Shown here in pieces: positions 61,916 through 64,000 of a stretch of 64,000 nt of DNA. Source of the stretch: an uncultured Gammaproteobacteria bacterium (lineage in GTDB: Bacteria; Patescibacteriota; Microgenomatia; UBA1406; GWC2-37-13). The position numbers were made by a program, and so were the translations under genes. Location of the stretch: NCBI GenBank assembly GCA_964530235.1, contig CAZGYB010000004.1, positions 10,668 through 74,667 on the forward strand. The letters run 5' to 3'. How positions within the stretch are numbered: the stretch's first letter is position 1; each line of letters opens with the position of its first letter. The notes under the pieces are model-generated. The model saw only the letters and a program-made list of their open reading frames with translations. It ran no database searches and had not been told where the DNA came from.

Positions 61916-62482
61916 TCAATACCGCAGAGGAACGAGTTCGCCGTTTTTTTCTTCAAACAACTTTGCACTTTGTTCAACAGCCCTTTGGGTAAAGAGAATT
62001 CCGTTGAGATGGTCGCATTCATGCTGGATAATGGTTGCCTTGAATCCCGAAAACCAGCGGGATATGGTTTTCCCTTCAAGATCCTGGTATGAAAGGAATA
62101 CCTTAAAACTGCGTGAAACAGGACCCCAGATACGAGGAATAGAAAGACAACCCTCAAGTTTTGTAGAGTTAGGAGTTGGTAGTTTATAGTTTTTAGTTTG
62201 CAGTTTATTTCTGTGAACTACTAACTGCGAACTGTCAACATTTTTTAATATTTTAGGATTAATAAAAACCTCTGTTTTTCCTTTGGGTGTAGGTTTCATA
62301 ATAAATAATGTGAGACTAATCCCTACCTGTGGCGCAGCCAGACCAACTCCTTGAGGGTCAACCTGAGCAATAAGCGTTTCTTCCATATCAAATACTAGCT
62401 TTTTAATCTTTCGGTTGATTTCGGTTACGGGTAATGCGGGAATAGTAAGCACTTTCTGGGGTATTTGAACAATCTTAAGCAT
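61916..62482 (-). CDS. def: peptide deformylase
   Basis: The three Def motifs are present: GVGLAAPQVG, EGCLSIP and HECDHLNG. A ~25-aa insert lies just before EGCLS. Confidence 0.9.
   Translation of the reverse strand: MLKIVQIPQKVLTIPALPVTEINRKIKKLVFDMEETLIAQVDPQGVGLAAPQVGISLTLFIMKPTPKGKTEVFINPKILKNVDSSQLVVHRNKLQTKNYKLPTPNSTKLEGCLSIPRIWGPVSRSFKVFLSYQDLEGKTISRWFSGFKATIIQHECDHLNGILFTQRAVEQSAKLFEEKNGELVPLRY
62165..62239. repeat. 75-nt heptad-periodic palindromic in-frame insert in def
   Basis: In the coding sense it reads GTTGACAGTTCGCAGTTAG...CTGCAAACTAAAAACTATAAACTACCAACTCCTAACTCT and encodes VDSSQLVVHRNKLQTKNYKLPTPNS. The arms are mutually complementary heptads. Confidence 0.75.
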
Positions 62483-62597
62483 GGGATTATTATATAATAT
62501 GAACTATGCAATCTCCAATATTCAACGATCAACTACCAATCAGAGATCCTGTGTTTATTGAATCAATGAAAACAGCTTGAATTTTGAGAATTAAATT

Positions 62598-63512
62598 ATG
62601 AAATTATCATTAGCAATCGCTACTTATAACGAGGAGAAACACATTGCAGACTGCATTGCTTCATGCGAAGATCTCGTTGATGAGATTATCGTGGTTGATG
62701 GATCATCATCCGATAAAACTCGTGAAATTGCAAAATCGCTTGGTGCACAAGTGATTACAACCGAAAATCGTGTGATGTTTCACACCAATAAACAAAAAGC
62801 AATGGATCTGGCGACCGGCGATTGGATTTTACAGCTTGATGCAGATGAACGGGTAACCCCGGATCTTGCACAGGAAATAAAAAAAGTGATGCTCCTGTCA
62901 AAGGAAGAATTAGAAGCATATCAAATAAATCTTCCGGAAAGAAAACTTTTTATCCGTCATCAACAGATTACAAATCCTAAACTCCAAACCCTAAACCACA
63001 GTCAGACGTTCAATTCCCAATATAATGCCTTTTATATTCCACGCCTGAATTATTTTTTGGGTAAATTTCTTCGCTATGGGGGAGTTTATCCGGACGGAGT
63101 AATCCGTTTAGTGCGCAAAGGAAAAGCATTTTTGCCGTGTAAAGATGTTCATGAACTGATGCGGGTTGAGGGAACAATAGGGTGGCTGCAAAATCCGCTC
63201 CTGCATTATGACTCGCCTACGTTCCTGAGATACTTGGAACGAAATAAACGATATATAAAGCTGTTAACCGGTGAAATAAAAAGCAATATGCAAAGCGTCA
63301 AAATTAAAAATAATGGTCACAAGCTAATAGTTTTTAAAGAAGAAATTTTATTGGGTATTAACTGGTTATTTGTGAAACCCATTGTTTGGTTTTTCATGAC
63401 AACATTCCGTCATAAAGGGATTTTGGATGGCTGGAGGGGAGTGGTATTTTCTTTCTTTTCCGCCCTTCGTTTCCCCCGGGCATATATTTGCTATAAACTG
63501 AAAAAAATATAG
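62598..63512 (+). CDS. family 2 glycosyltransferase
   Basis: LSLAIATYNEEKHI, IIVVDGSSSDKT and LQLDADE (DxD) form the typical GT2 N-terminal domain. Confidence 0.8.
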   Translation: MKLSLAIATYNEEKHIADCIASCEDLVDEIIVVDGSSSDKTREIAKSLGAQVITTENRVMFHTNKQKAMDLATGDWILQLDADERVTPDLAQEIKKVMLLSKEELEAYQINLPERKLFIRHQQITNPKLQTLNHSQTFNSQYNAFYIPRLNYFLGKFLRYGGVYPDGVIRLVRKGKAFLPCKDVHELMRVEGTIGWLQNPLLHYDSPTFLRYLERNKRYIKLLTGEIKSNMQSVKIKNNGHKLIVFKEEILLGINWLFVKPIVWFFMTTFRHKGILDGWRGVVFSFFSALRFPRAYICYKLKKI

Positions 63513-63519
63513 TAGACAA

Positions 63520-63888
63520 TTAATGTTTTATAGCGAGGGGAGGAGGTATAGGTATTTGTAATTGTTGAGGAAGAGGTGAAAAGTTTTTTCGTGGTGCAAG
63601 AGTTTCAGGTCTGGAACTTTGCGCAATTTGTTGTAATTCTGCTCTTGCTGTAGCCGGTGCCGTTGGGATTATTTCCTTTAAAGCAATATGTTGCGGATAT
63701 TTTTCTTGAAGAGAGGTTCGTGAAAAACCGGGAATCTGTGGTGCTTTTTCTGCTGATCTTCCTTCTACATAGGCCTGAGCTTTTGCTTGTGCAATTTGGT
63801 TTTCTTGTTTAGCTTTTAGCGGAATACCTATTATAGCACCGGCAGCAATCCCTTTTGGTGTGAGTAAATCTGGGTTAATTTCCCCCAT
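63520..63888 (-). CDS. hypothetical protein
   Basis: 122-aa ORF whose ATG immediately follows the stop of the upstream partial CDS (TAAATG). Confidence 0.4.
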   Translation of the reverse strand: MGEINPDLLTPKGIAAGAIIGIPLKAKQENQIAQAKAQAYVEGRSAEKAPQIPGFSRTSLQEKYPQHIALKEIIPTAPATARAELQQIAQSSRPETLAPRKNFSPLPQQLQIPIPPPLAIKH

Positions 63889-64000
63889 TTATTTATTAAA
63901 TCGCGGTAACGCGTTAGTAATATAATTTTCTAGAGATTGGTCGAGGTTTGCTGCAAAGTAAAACAATTGTTCGAAAAGCGAAAGCGGTTTTTCAGCAGCA
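63889..64000 (-). CDS. 3' end of a CDS that starts beyond the window
   Basis: Open minus-strand frame ...AAEKPLSLFEQLFYFAANLDQSLENYITNALPRFNK*, ending at 63889-63891. Confidence 0.35.
   Translation of the reverse strand, partial: AAEKPLSLFEQLFYFAANLDQSLENYITNALPRFNK

Overview
This is a 64-kb, gene-dense, low-GC bacterial window using the standard code (TAA, TAG and TGA all act as stops). The gene content suggests a Candidate Phyla Radiation/Patescibacteria-type genome, but that is inference only. It includes DUF5663/DUF5659-like small proteins, a four-helix-bundle '23S IVS' protein, giant surface proteins with Ser/Gly/Thr/Pro linkers, GT-C glycosyltransferases and almost no metabolic genes.

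Layout:
(i) 1-5.9 kb: a partial coiled-coil CDS, a DUF5663-like gene, and two adjacent giant ORFs that share a 750-bp, 100% identical 5' module.
(ii) 6-14 kb: ychF, then an island led by a large serine recombinase. It carries small phage-like genes, a Schlafen/AlbA_2 protein and a DUF3800-like protein.
(iii) 14.5-21.2 kb: an HD-domain protein plus two large unknown proteins, one ending in a degenerate ABC-ATPase-like domain.
(iv) 21.2-43.5 kb: an envelope/surface region. It holds a (TPTPTR)n protein, FN3 proteins, an O-antigen-ligase-like/TPR protein, two GT39 (PMT-type) glycosyltransferases, and a same-strand operon of cohesin-like, dockerin-like, CBM-like and Cys-rich secreted proteins, one with an LPxTG-like sorting signal.
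(v) 43.6-53.8 kb: YtxH, a GH-like protein, a VirD4/TraG-like ATPase, and GT-C and GT4 glycosyltransferases.
(vi) 53.8-55.7 kb: an abruptly GC-rich island with a lipoprotein gene and about 740 nt of hairpin-rich non-coding DNA, followed by an AT-rich 0.5-kb gap.
(vii) 56.2-64 kb: housekeeping genes (SpoU/TrmH methyltransferase, tRNA-Thr(GGU), M50 protease, bL28, def, GT2) interleaved with a second dockerin/cohesin pair.

Most unusual signals:
- A family of short, hairpin-forming palindromic elements is inserted in frame in def, the trmH-like gene and ychF. The heptad-periodic form also flanks the four-helix-bundle gene next to tRNA-Thr.
- A perfect 23-bp inverted repeat brackets a consensus promoter and the 5' end of a surface-protein gene (candidate inverton).
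- The cohesin-dockerin surface system.
- The 750-bp shared 5' module.
- The GC-rich island.

All family assignments are by-eye motif recognition, not database searches.
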